From sequence record ON568341.1: 64,000 bases of DNA. One strand, given 5' to 3'. Each line of letters begins with the position of its first letter. The stretch's first letter is position 1. Shown piece after piece: positions 52,559 to 61,265 of the stretch. The notes below the pieces were generated by a model that ran no database searches, was not told the DNA's origin, and saw only the letters and a program-made list of their open reading frames with translations. The position numbers were made by a program, and so were the translations under genes.

Positions 52559-52768
52559 ATGAATACTGAACATAAAGAATTCTACACCAAATACCTCAGT
52601 AACGAAGAACAATTGTTTCTAAGAAGTGTATCACCGGTAAGTACCAATACTCAATTCGGTAGAGATTGCTTTAATAATTGTATACGTAGTACCCTAGAAG
52701 CAATCGAATATAATAACAAAAATATTATGTACTCAGGTTTAATAGGACTAATATTCTTCTATGAATAA
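52559..52768 (+). CDS. small helical paralog 3
   Basis: MNTEHKEFYTKYL; start moved to ATG 52559. Confidence 0.75.
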   Translation: MNTEHKEFYTKYLSNEEQLFLRSVSPVSTNTQFGRDCFNNCIRSTLEAIEYNNKNIMYSGLIGLIFFYE

Positions 52769-52955
52769 TCATAAAGATTTCTATGGTAGTAAACTACACA
52801 AACATGAACAGCTATCATTCTCTTTAGCACCACCTATGAGAAAGGATAATCTATATTATAATTACGATTTCAGGATGGCGACACGTTATGCAATAGAACA
52901 TCAGTTCCCTGAAACTAAGTACCGCTCTATCCTGAACCTCATCTTTAAGTTCTAA
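52761..52955 (+). CDS. small helical paralog 4
   Basis: MNNHKDFYGSKL. Confidence 0.75.
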   Translation: MNNHKDFYGSKLHKHEQLSFSLAPPMRKDNLYYNYDFRMATRYAIEHQFPETKYRSILNLIFKF

Positions 52956-53002
52956 AAACAGCACCAGGGTCCGAGTACTTTAACATAGTAAGGCTAATTA
53001 CA

Positions 53003-53188
53003 ATGAATCATATACGCTACTATTACCAACAACTATCCGACAGGGACAAGTACAGCCACAATTCCCATGTATGGTACTACAAACGCGGCAGTATAAGAGA
53101 CAAACAACATTACTTCTGTATTTCTATTAAAGAAGCACTAACAACTAAGTACACGTACAGAGCAGTACTTAAACTAATCTCTATCTAA
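53003..53188 (+). CDS. small helical paralog 5
   Basis: MNHIRYYYQQL..YRAVLKLISI. Confidence 0.7.
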   Translation: MNHIRYYYQQLSDRDKYSHNSHVWYYKRGSIRDKQHYFCISIKEALTTKYTYRAVLKLISI

Positions 53189-53196
53189 GGAATACT

Positions 53197-53376
53197 ATGC
53201 AAGAATTCTATATAGAACATATAACCATAAAAGACCGTTTCATGTACCACACCTTCGTGAAATACTACAAACTGGGAACAAAAAGTACTAAAAATATTAA
53301 TCTCAATAGCTGCATTCATTCTGCACTAACAAAAGATAATCCCTTCAGGGAAATCCTCGCACTAGCATCTGTATAA
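53197..53376 (+). CDS. small helical paralog 6 (59 aa)
   Basis: Manual translation MQEFYIEHI..; SD AAGGA. Confidence 0.7.
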   Translation: MQEFYIEHITIKDRFMYHTFVKYYKLGTKSTKNINLNSCIHSALTKDNPFREILALASV

Positions 53377-53386
53377 AGGAAACCAA

Positions 53387-54046
53387 ATGAAACTTAATGC
53401 ACACAGCAAACAATACCTTAAGCACTTTAAGTACCTCAACAGTATTCAAGCAGAATCTTTTACACCAGCATATACGTATCACCCTAATGTACTAAAGAAA
53501 CGAAATAAAAAGAAAAAATCCAGAAATGTTCTCGTATCTAAGAACCTCAAATCGTACTTGAAGAAAAATAATATAGCTCTTGCTTTTATTAATATCTATA
53601 ATACTGATTTAAAAGTATTGAGTACTAATACCAGCACAAAAGCACTAAAGAATGCATCTATCTATATACACATGGATAATATCCCGTGCACTATAATTCT
53701 ATCTTCCGGGAATGTATACTTCTTCGGGAATTGTAATAGCACCCATGATATCAGTACTGCACAATTCCAAATCGGAGATATGTACTGCATGGGTTCAGAA
53801 AAAATACACGATAATATGCACTTCTTCCAAAAGCAACGTACTAACGAAACTGATACAGTACTGCAATTCCTCAAAGAACTAGAACACAAAGAATTATCCG
53901 AGGAAGAAGAATTCATGTACAGTACTGTAATCGATAATCCAGGACTCTATAAAAACGCGTACAAACTAACAAAACATGTACAGGAACTTATCAGTACTGA
54001 TAAGAAAATTCATCACCTCATTACGTATATTTCAAACTATGTATAA
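53387..54046 (+). CDS. hypothetical protein, EExxFQxS-motif family with basic N-terminus
   Basis: LSEEEEFMYSTVIDN. Confidence 0.8.
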   Translation: MKLNAHSKQYLKHFKYLNSIQAESFTPAYTYHPNVLKKRNKKKKSRNVLVSKNLKSYLKKNNIALAFINIYNTDLKVLSTNTSTKALKNASIYIHMDNIPCTIILSSGNVYFFGNCNSTHDISTAQFQIGDMYCMGSEKIHDNMHFFQKQRTNETDTVLQFLKELEHKELSEEEEFMYSTVIDNPGLYKNAYKLTKHVQELISTDKKIHHLITYISNYV

Positions 54047-54221
54047 AGAATACTACATAGAGAAACTCCCAATGCATCTACAACACCATATACCAAACGT
54101 TGCATTGGGCATAACCGAGCACGCAAAGATAATGTTCCAACAATGTACTAAGTACACGCTCATATACGATGATAATCCATATATGCTGTACTACGTAGTA
54201 ATGCTAACATTCAGGTACTAA
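54039..54221 (+). CDS. small helical paralog 7
   Basis: MYKEYYIEKLPMHLQH; start ATG 54039. Confidence 0.75.
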   Translation: MYKEYYIEKLPMHLQHHIPNVALGITEHAKIMFQQCTKYTLIYDDNPYMLYYVVMLTFRY

Positions 54222-54222
54222 T

Positions 54223-54402
54223 ATGAATACTTATAAAGAATTCTACCTCTCGTACCTTAATTCCGATATAGTAACATCCAATACATTCAGTACTAAAATT
54301 ATCTATAATGAAGTAATGAAAGAATGTATTAAAGGTGCTATTAACCCTAAAGATACGTATGACTTGTACTATGCAGTACTAACCCTTGTTTTCACGAAAT
54401 AA
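54223..54402 (+). CDS. small helical paralog 8 (59 aa)
   Basis: Manual translation MNTYKEFYLSYL..YYAVLTLVFTK. Confidence 0.75.
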   Translation: MNTYKEFYLSYLNSDIVTSNTFSTKIIYNEVMKECIKGAINPKDTYDLYYAVLTLVFTK

Positions 54403-54410
54403 CACATAAT

Positions 54411-54602
54411 ATGAATAACCACAAAGAATACTACATAGAGAAACTCCCAATGTATCTCCAACACCTTCTACCAACAGAACCATTGCGTATAGAAAAAAAC
54501 TACGAAAAAGACTACTTCATTCAGTGCACTAAATCCTCGATATATATTGAAGACTATAATCGAGTACTGTATCACATCCTTTTACTAATATATAAGTACT
54601 AA
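54411..54602 (+). CDS. small helical paralog 9
   Basis: MNNHKEYYIEKLPMYLQH. Confidence 0.8.
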   Translation: MNNHKEYYIEKLPMYLQHLLPTEPLRIEKNYEKDYFIQCTKSSIYIEDYNRVLYHILLLIYKY

Positions 54603-54603
54603 T

Positions 54604-54792
54604 ATGAATAACCACAAAGAATACTACACACAATTTCTCCCCAGCATTTTGGAACAATACGCCAGATATAAAGTCCCCCTCGATAACGATTTGGCAGTAC
54701 TGGGATTCAATAACTGCATAGAACGAAGTATAGAAAATAGTAATAGCTATGAACAATTATATAACACTATCCTACTTATATTCAGGTACTAA
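54604..54792 (+). CDS. small helical paralog 10
   Basis: MNNHKEYYTQFLP. Confidence 0.8.
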   Translation: MNNHKEYYTQFLPSILEQYARYKVPLDNDLAVLGFNNCIERSIENSNSYEQLYNTILLIFRY

Positions 54793-54793
54793 T

Positions 54794-54982
54794 ATGTATA
54801 AAGAATACTACGCAAAATATTTCCCAATGTATCTCAGAACTAATCTATTAGATAAACCTCGCGATATCAATGCACAAAACGATAAAGTGTACTTTATTAT
54901 GTGCACTAAAGCATGTATACTAGATCATGACAGCTACCATCGAGTACTGTATCATACACTGTACCTAGCTTTCGTATACTAA
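54794..54982 (+). CDS. small helical paralog 11
   Basis: MYKEYYAKYFPMYL; start ATG 54794. Confidence 0.8.
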   Translation: MYKEYYAKYFPMYLRTNLLDKPRDINAQNDKVYFIMCTKACILDHDSYHRVLYHTLYLAFVY

Positions 54983-54983
54983 A

Positions 54984-55040
54984 ATGTACTCCGGTTTAAT
55001 AGGACTAATATTCTTCTATGAATAATCATAAAGATTTCTA
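54984..55040 (+). repeat. 57-bp duplicate of 52727-52783 (gene-junction relic)
   Basis: 56/57 identical; encodes orphan MYSGLIGLIFFYE plus start of next gene. Confidence 0.9.
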
Positions 55041-55197
55041 CATAAGCCATCTGGATATAAACTCCCAAATGCTTATACTACTAAACACAATAGATTTCAA
55101 GGATAAGAAAAAGATCCAACAATTCATTGACCATACGGACCGTGCTGTGAACCAAAATTATATGTACTACATTCTCGCCCTAATATACAGGTACTAA
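55018..55197 (+). CDS. small helical paralog 12 (59 aa)
   Basis: Manual translation MNNHKDFYISHL..YYILALIYRY. Confidence 0.75.
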   Translation: MNNHKDFYISHLDINSQMLILLNTIDFKDKKKIQQFIDHTDRAVNQNYMYYILALIYRY

Positions 55198-55198
55198 T

Positions 55199-55384
55199 AT
55201 GCATAGAGAATACTATATACAATTTGTTAAAGAAAACTACAAACACGCCGTCCCCGTAAACCCTTTAAATTCTAATGACCCAAGTACTATATTCTTGTTC
55301 CATGACGCAATACGTACAGTACTCAATACTAAAGATGAACAAGTGCAGTACGTATTCTTACTTTTACTTATATACAGACACTAA
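55199..55384 (+). CDS. small helical paralog 13
   Basis: MHREYYIQFV..YVFLLLIYRH. Confidence 0.75.
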   Translation: MHREYYIQFVKENYKHAVPVNPLNSNDPSTIFLFHDAIRTVLNTKDEQVQYVFLLLLIYRH

Positions 55385-55397
55385 AGCACTAACTAAT

Positions 55398-55598
55398 ATG
55401 AATAAAGAATATAAAGACTTCTATATAAGTAAACTAAAAGAAAATGAACAAGCATGGATTCAACCACTAATAATACTTCCATTTAATAGATATTCATTGA
55501 ACCGATGTACCGAGATTGCTATAGACCCTTGTCCTATTAAAGAGAATGTACAATACAATCAGTACTACTATATCTTAATGCTTATATATAGGAAGTAA
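55398..55598 (+). CDS. small helical paralog 14
   Basis: MNKEYKDFYISKL..YYYILMLIYRK; start ATG 55398. Confidence 0.75.
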   Translation: MNKEYKDFYISKLKENEQAWIQPLIILPFNRYSLNRCTEIAIDPCPIKENVQYNQYYYILMLIYRK

Positions 55599-56199
55599 TT
55601 AAACACATATAGACAGGGGAAGCTCCGTAGTGGAAGCATTATACAGGCTTTAACATATGTTGCATATGTTAAAATTCAGCCTGGACAAATGCGATCACTA
55701 GGATTCTCCCCAGGCTAAACCCCGTAACTCTACAGAGAAGCCAATAGCTTCTCTTTGTCATAGGTAGTCATAAGTAATCATATATAAACATTTAAGTAAT
55801 CATTCATACGCACGGTAGTGATTAGTATTGAGTACTAGAGTACAGGAATGTTCACGTTTAATCAAGAACGTAGCAGTACTGCCCCAAAAGTATTCAGTAC
55901 TGAAGGTGTCGATATCCCACTAAGTAGGCAGAGGAAGTCTGCCGTACTTTGTAGTTTCCAAGCTCCTTTTCCATTTTTCAAATTACATCAAATGTATTCA
56001 AAAGTAATCACGTAATGATTAGTACTGAATTATTACTTTCACCTTAATTCCAAATACTCTTTTACCCTTCGGGGAAAATCCCATTACCCCTTGAGGCTCC
56101 AGCAAAAAGTTGGAAAGTACTCCATCGTAAATCTGGATCGTAAAAATTTTGGAGTACCTATGAAATAAAAGTTGGATCTTCGAAAGTTGAAATTTACGT

Positions 56200-56228
56200 T
56201 GGGACATATAGGATTGATGGGATATAAT
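56200..56228 (+). promoter_or_regulatory. TGGGACA-type promoter
   Basis: GGGACA 56201-06, 16 bp, TATAAT 56223-28. Confidence 0.6.
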
Positions 56229-56319
56229 GAGTTTTGTAGAGATACAGATTATACGATTTCAGTACTGAATAATGAAAGAAAGCTATTGACTTTATGATTC
56301 AGTACTGTATAATGTTCTA

Positions 56320-56420
56320 TATAGAGAGATGAGTTGCCGCAAACAATTCATTCACTCTACCTCCTGTCGTGAGACAGTACAGAAAAGATAGTTCCTCCTA
56401 TGGGTGGTACATCTTTTTAT
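56320..56420 (+). ncRNA. candidate approx 100-nt small RNA
   Basis: Promoter TTGACT-16-TATAAT at 56286; hairpins ATGAGTTG/CAATTCAT, CTGTC-GTGA-GACAG, AAGAT/ATCTT plus T-run. Confidence 0.45.
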
Positions 56421-56675
56421 AACCTCTTTTTTCGTAATATAAACAGTACTGATATTAACAGAATGGTGTCAGTACTGATTTTAATCTAATACAATACACC
56501 CACCAGCTTGTGCTGGTGGATTATCCACTAACAGTATTCAGTACTACATGATAGTCTTCATCCTCCTAGGGTAACATAGTGAGGGCTATTGTGGGAGTAC
56601 TGAATACTCCTTTCACAAGATAGATCTATGGTATAGTACTGACGGATTTTGGGCGTAGTAAGCCTAGGTTAAATT

Positions 56676-56830
56676 TAGACGTAGAGATGTCTAGACCTCC
56701 AGATGGTTGGAAGTAAAGATGGCTATCCCTCTAGGCGGCTGGATGGCTAGATTTCTAGATGGCTGTACTGCTAGACGTTTGGACGGCTAAACGGCTAGAT
56801 GGTTACACGTCTGGAAGTATAGACGGCTAA
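56676..56830 (+). repeat. about 12 iterated copies of RGAYGGCT-like 8-9-mer
   Basis: e.g. AAGATGGCT, GGATGGCT, TAGATGGCT, GGACGGCT, AAACGGCT, TAGACGGCT. Confidence 0.7.
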
Positions 56831-56849
56831 ATCAAAATTTTTATTCTGT

Positions 56850-56923
56850 TTTTTCCAATAGTTCCCCTACCGCGTGAGGATGTTTTTCCCCGCAGTATCT
56901 GGTGTTAGATTTTTCTGAATCTG
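56850..56923 (-). ncRNA. two-hairpin sRNA family member G (degenerate)
   Basis: TTGACA-17-GATAAT (56957-56929); AGATT-CAGAAA-AATCT. Confidence 0.4.
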
Positions 56924-56997
56924 GAATCATTATCTAATAAACTGGGGGCAATGTCAACGGCCTGGATGAATATTTTTAAAAAATAATCTAGTACTAA

Positions 56998-57049
56998 ATT
57001 TTGGGCGTAACTATGCACCCGGTGGGCTTGAGTCTTTCTCGACTTGATG
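56998..57049 (-). ncRNA. two-hairpin sRNA family member A
   Basis: TTGCTT-17-TATAAT; GTC-GAGAAA-GAC..CCC-ACC-GGG-TGC. Confidence 0.6.
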
Positions 57050-57149
57050 AAATAATTATATCAGTACTGGAAAAATAAAGCAATACCATGGAAGCAAAAA
57101 AGTTTTAATTAATTTGCTTGCTATCCTGGGCCGGACTATGGTACTATAT

Positions 57150-57205
57150 TTCAGTACTGAGAAAGTGCGTTTACCTGCTAGGGTGCGGGAGTGTATCCTT
57201 TTTTT
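57150..57205 (+). ncRNA. two-hairpin sRNA family member C
   Basis: TTGCTA-18-TACTAT; GTAC-TGAGAAA-GTGC..CCTGCTAGGGTGC. Confidence 0.5.
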
Positions 57206-57215
57206 ATATCTTGAA

Positions 57216-57266
57216 TTTTGGGCGTAATTCCGCACCCTCTGGGGTTTCCGCTTTCTCGCGTCTATG
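57216..57266 (-). ncRNA. two-hairpin sRNA family member B
   Basis: TTGACT-16-TATAAT; CGC-GAGAAA-GCG..CCC-AGA-GGG-TGC. Confidence 0.6.
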
Positions 57267-57327
57267 TAGTAATTATACGCTTTTTTAGTACTGAGTCAAT
57301 AGCCAAAAACAAAATAATTGAAAATAA

Positions 57328-57430
57328 TTTAACGCGTTTAAACGGCCTGTAAAGCCCTGAAATGATTAGAATGGTGCAAATGTATAGCTTAGGTGTATTA
57401 ATGCGTTAGAATGCGTCTGAGGCCGTTTTA
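57328..57430. repeat. approx 100-bp imperfect palindromic element, related to 62930-63030
   Basis: AAACGGCCT/AGGCCGTTT arms; TTAATGCGTTAGAAT 57398-412 is the reverse complement of 62944-58. Confidence 0.55.
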
Positions 57431-57451
57431 CGTGGTATAGGGATGATTTAG

Positions 57452-57548
57452 TGGATTGATTCAGTACTGAATAATAGTACTCCTATATAGAAAGATAGTT
57501 CCCCTGGATTGATTCAGTACTGAATAATAGTACTCCTATATAGAAAGA
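57452..57548 (+). repeat. 44-bp direct repeat x2
   Basis: 57452-95 = 57505-48 (TGGATTGATTCAGTACTGAATAATAGTACTCCTATATAGAAAGA). Confidence 0.95.
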
Positions 57549-57661
57549 AAACTATTTTAAAAGTATTTGTAGAAAGTACTTGCACAGTACTGAAAAAAGC
57601 GTATAATGTTTTACATCGAGAGCGGGAACACTTCCCTACTCACTTTTAAGAGATTAAAACG

Positions 57662-58024
57662 ATGGCGACTCAAATCACTAAAATCATTGCTAACCTGGTT
57701 AACTTCCGCGACGATATGAAAGATCTTCCGGCGGCAACGGTTAAAACTCACATTGACGCATACCGCGAACTGATTAAAATGTTGCCGCTTAAGCGTGAAC
57801 AATACGCCGCTAAACTGATGCTTGATGCGATGATCCATAAGATGATCGCCAGTGATTTGACGATGGTTTATCAGTATATGGGCGAAAATTTCGCGGTGTA
57901 TAGTAAACCAGTACCAGGAATGGAAAGTACAGAAGTATTACACGGTTTAAATTTAAAACAAGATGCATGGGATAATATGCCTCGTTTCCTGGTATGGGCT
58001 GACAGTGGCAAAATTTACGAATAA
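57662..58024 (+). CDS. early hypothetical protein
   Basis: Own promoter and leader hairpin. Confidence 0.85.
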   Translation: MATQITKIIANLVNFRDDMKDLPAATVKTHIDAYRELIKMLPLKREQYAAKLMLDAMIHKMIASDLTMVYQYMGENFAVYSKPVPGMESTEVLHGLNLKQDAWDNMPRFLVWADSGKIYE

Positions 58025-58116
58025 GTTAAAAATTAGTTTGACAGTACTGAATAAAAGCGTATAATGTTTTACATCAGGTGGGGAATAGTTCCCCACTATA
58101 TAAGAGGATTAAAAAA

Positions 58117-58356
58117 ATGGCTAAATCAAAAATGTTCTTAGGTCACAAAAACAAAACTCATTGGAATGTAAGCCTGTGGATTAATAACGATGAGGGATTG
58201 TATCGGTTGGCCCTGGACTTTATTGCCGCCCATACTAATCGCAATGATGCGGCCCGTCATATGATGTTATTTTTAGAACAGACTGGACAAGATAAAACAC
58301 CGGACGGATTCAAATATAGCACTACTGCGATCCGTGCGGCGATGGTTGGAATGTAA
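58117..58356 (+). CDS. early hypothetical protein (WNVSLWINN family) copy 1
   Basis: SD GAGG; start ATG 58117; paralog of 60157. Confidence 0.85.
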   Translation: MAKSKMFLGHKNKTHWNVSLWINNDEGLYRLALDFIAAHTNRNDAARHMMLFLEQTGQDKTPDGFKYSTTAIRAAMVGM

Positions 58357-58442
58357 TAGAATTTATTTAAAGTACTATCATTTTTTTGCGATAGTACTTT
58401 ATAATAGTGTTTTATTCATACACCAACGATAAGGGCAACAGC

Positions 58443-58709
58443 ATGAATATTAAGTATTTTGCGACGCGTGAACAAGCTCGGATCGCCGCACGCCAGGACG
58501 GGGCAACGTTTAAAGATATGGGCGTACAATCGGAACGTGGTAAACGTTGGGCCATTGTAAAGCGTAGTACCGCCAGATCATTACAGTACTGGTTAGCGGC
58601 CTTAAAAAGTCCCGATAGTGTATCGCGTCGAGTGGTAGAAATAAAGCTCGACCGAAAGGGCAACCGCGTGACTGTGTACCGTACTAAAAAGATTGCAGTA
58701 CTTGAATAA
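58443..58709 (+). CDS. early basic hypothetical protein
   Basis: Start ATG 58443; Arg/Lys-rich. Confidence 0.75.
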   Translation: MNIKYFATREQARIAARQDGATFKDMGVQSERGKRWAIVKRSTARSLQYWLAALKSPDSVSRRVVEIKLDRKGNRVTVYRTKKIAVLE

Positions 58710-58796
58710 AAAGTACTTGCAAACTATGTTTAAAGGCGTATAATGTTTTACATCGAGAGCGGGAACTCTTCCCGCCTATAACCTGGAGTAATAAAA

Positions 58797-59027
58797 ATGA
58801 CTAATATGTATATGACTGAAGTTAAAACCGTAAAAGATACTACCACGAATAAAACTACTTACTTACAGCGGATCTGTGGTGTATGGCAACGTATCAGCAA
58901 ATCAAAGTACTTTAAATTAACATCATATGCAAACCGTTCGGATTCATTCAGTACTGAAATAAAAGGTAATAAAGTACACCAATACGGCACTTATTATTAT
59001 TACAGCCTGGACGCGATTGCAGTATAA
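58797..59027 (+). CDS. early hypothetical protein
   Basis: SD GGAG; own promoter. Confidence 0.8.
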   Translation: MTNMYMTEVKTVKDTTTNKTTYLQRICGVWQRISKSKYFKLTSYANRSDSFSTEIKGNKVHQYGTYYYYSLDAIAV

Positions 59028-59094
59028 TCATATTTTTTGAAAAATTTACAATTGCCGGTATTGACTTATTTTGTCAGTACTGGCATAATGTATT

Positions 59095-59140
59095 CATTGG
59101 CAGATAAGCCGTAGCCCATAGGGTGCGGGAGTGTATCTAT
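59095..59140 (+). ncRNA. two-hairpin sRNA family member D
   Basis: TTGACT-17-CATAAT; GGC-AGATAA-GCC..CCC-ATA-GGG-TGC. Confidence 0.6.
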
Positions 59141-59164
59141 AGAAAAATTAGTTTAGTATAGTTA

Positions 59165-59200
59165 CAATTGTGCACCCGGTGGGTTAGCTGTTGTCATGGG
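59165..59200 (-). ncRNA. two-hairpin sRNA family member E
   Basis: TTGACA-17-CATAAT; CCC-ACC-GGG-TGC, first hairpin weak. Confidence 0.5.
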
Positions 59201-59311
59201 GTATATTATGCCAGTACTTGATAATGCTGTCAATACTTTTTTTACTATTCAGTACTGAAAACTATTTTTAAAAAGTACTTGCTAACTATGTTTAAAGGCG
59301 TATAATGTTTT

Positions 59312-59386
59312 ACATCAGGACGGGGAACGAAATAAGTAACCCCGTTAAGTAGTCCAGGAGTAAGACATACGAAAAACTCCCCTGAT
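59312..59386 (+). ncRNA. stand-alone 75-nt structured RNA with 14-nt loop motif
   Basis: Promoter 59279, no ORF; ATCAGG/CCTGAT, ACGGGG/CCCCGT, GGAGT-AAGACATACGAAAA-ACTCC. Confidence 0.65.
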
Positions 59387-59454
59387 AAAATAGTTTGACA
59401 AATGTTTTTAAAAGCGTATAATACTTACATCAACTACTGAATGAGGGTTACAAA

Positions 59455-60066
59455 ATGAAAACTATCACTACTACTACTTTTGTTATGGCTTTTTCTGAAC
59501 TGAACGCAGAACAAAAAACGGCGGCTATCGAACTGGTTCGGGATCGTGAGCGTTCATGTGAGGATAATTTCTTTGCTGAGGGCGTTATCGAGTACTATAA
59601 AGAAACAGTACTACCAGAATACGGCATAGATGAAGCTGAATTGCAATACAGTGGTTTTTGGTCGCAAGGTGACGGTGCATCAATCAGTACTGACAGCGTG
59701 GACGCGGAGAAGTTTTTACGCAAGATTAAAGCGTTAACGAAATATCGTTCTATCCGTCACTTGTTGAATGAAGATGATTTGGCAATGAGTGTAGAACGTT
59801 CACACTCTCGCTACGCACACGAAAACACGGTAAGCGGTTGCGTTGATACTCGCTACACTGATTTAACTGTAAAACAAGCGGCACTTGCTGATGACCTGGA
59901 AAACTTACTGACTGATGCGATCCGTGAATTATCTCGTAAGTTGTACCGTGATTTAGAGAATGCATATGAGGATCAATTCACTACTGAAAACATTACTGCA
60001 CTGATTGAGGGTAACGAATATCAATTCAATGTTATTGATGGCGTAGTGGAATCAATCGAATATTAA
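59455..60066 (+). CDS. early acidic hypothetical protein
   Basis: SD GAGG; YSGFWSQGDGAS motif. Confidence 0.85.
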   Translation: MKTITTTTFVMAFSELNAEQKTAAIELVRDRERSCEDNFFAEGVIEYYKETVLPEYGIDEAELQYSGFWSQGDGASISTDSVDAEKFLRKIKALTKYRSIRHLLNEDDLAMSVERSHSRYAHENTVSGCVDTRYTDLTVKQAALADDLENLLTDAIRELSRKLYRDLENAYEDQFTTENITALIEGNEYQFNVIDGVVESIEY

Positions 60067-60156
60067 TTCAAAAAGTACTTGTAAACTAAGTTTAAAAGCG
60101 TATAATACTTTACATCAAGGCGGGGAGTGGTTCCCCGCTCAAACGAGGATTTAAAA

Positions 60157-60396
60157 ATGGCTAGTACTAAAACTTACAACGGACACAAAAACAAAACTCA
60201 TTGGAATGTAAGCCTTTGGATTAATAACGGTGAGTCATTGTATCGGCTTGCACAAAGTTGCATCGCACAAAGTAGAACTAAAGATATTGCTGCGGAATGT
60301 ATGTACCGCAGATTAAAAGCCAACGGTACTACTACAACACCGGACGGATTCAAATATAGCACTACTGCGATCCGTGCTGCAATGGTTGGAATGTAA
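60157..60396 (+). CDS. early hypothetical protein (WNVSLWINN family) copy 2
   Basis: Shares long identical DNA blocks at both ends with 58117. Confidence 0.85.
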   Translation: MASTKTYNGHKNKTHWNVSLWINNGESLYRLAQSCIAQSRTKDIAAECMYRRLKANGTTTTPDGFKYSTTAIRAAMVGM

Positions 60397-60453
60397 TATT
60401 CAGTACTGAGATAATGGCGGGTAATAGTTCCCGCCTTTACTGAGGGTTATCTA

Positions 60454-60714
60454 ATGAGTAAAGTAATTAGCTATACAGCACTAAGCAAGACATTATCTAT
60501 TAGCCAGTGCACCGATGGTTATTGGCTATTTGATGAAACGCGTGGCATGAATTTAGCCATGCGTGCAAAAACTGCTGAGGCGGCGTATCTTGAAGCATTG
60601 GAATACTACCAGGAACGTTTAAAGGAAGTAGAAGAAGATTATAAAAGCCTCAAAGCGAAAGTAGATCATTTCGTCGGTCAATTCATCGAGGAAGACGACG
60701 ACAAACAATATTGA
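60454..60714 (+). CDS. early hypothetical protein with coiled-coil tail
   Basis: SD GAGG. Confidence 0.85.
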   Translation: MSKVISYTALSKTLSISQCTDGYWLFDETRGMNLAMRAKTAEAAYLEALEYYQERLKEVEEDYKSLKAKVDHFVGQFIEEDDDKQY

Positions 60715-60800
60715 AAAAGTACTTGCAATTAGTTTTCAGTACTGTATAATGGTTTACATCAAAGGGAGAAATGGTTCTCCCTGGTAATGAGGAAAATAAA

Positions 60801-61022
60801 ATGGCTAATATCACTACTCTTTCCCAACTGGAAGCACTGGTGAAATCTATGCGGGAACATGCCGACAAAATCGGCGTACAAGATCCAGCCGTTTGCTTCT
60901 GCGACGAATTGAATGATGATACACTGGTAATAGCAGAAGTCCAGGACGTTTCTAACTATTCCTCGCGTTACACTGGCGGCGTAGCAAATAAAGGCGACTT
61001 CTGTTTATACCTTACAAAATAA
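60801..61022 (+). CDS. early hypothetical protein
   Basis: SD GAGG; start ATG 60801. Confidence 0.8.
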   Translation: MANITTLSQLEALVKSMREHADKIGVQDPAVCFCDELNDDTLVIAEVQDVSNYSSRYTGGVANKGDFCLYLTK

Positions 61023-61079
61023 CAACGCGGGGAGATAATAACTCCCCGTTACTTTTTCAGTACTGAATCATTTAATAGA

Positions 61080-61124
61080 CGGATCTCGGCACCCGGTGGG
61101 TTAGTGACTGTTTCGTCTTGATGT
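61080..61124 (-). ncRNA. two-hairpin sRNA family member F
   Basis: TTGACA-17-CATAAT; GAC-GAAACA-GTC..CCC-ACC-GGG-TGC. Confidence 0.6.
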
Positions 61125-61265
61125 AGTAATTATGCCAGTACTGGATGCACTTGTCAACAACTATTTTTCAAATACTTTTTATTAAAATACTTGCAATTAG
61201 TTTTTAAACGCGTATAATGTTTTGCATAGGGGGAGCGGTTCCCCTGGTAACTAAGGAATAAGAAA

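Larger units (their letters stand above)
55600..57570. other. 2-kb non-coding, repeat- and palindrome-rich control region (possible origin or genome terminus)
   Basis: No credible ORF; dense AGTACT, hairpins, short iterated repeats, GC-skew change. Confidence 0.6.

Noticed and set aside
55600-57570. CRISPR or TIGR-like guide array
   Set aside because: No regularly spaced repeat-spacer units; repeats are short iterons, one 44-bp duplication and dispersed promoter-linked motifs.
59455-60066. Calling this an antirestriction protein
   Set aside because: Acidic and early, and the SGFWSQGDGAS motif is vaguely familiar, but I cannot tie it to Ocr or ArdA from sequence alone.
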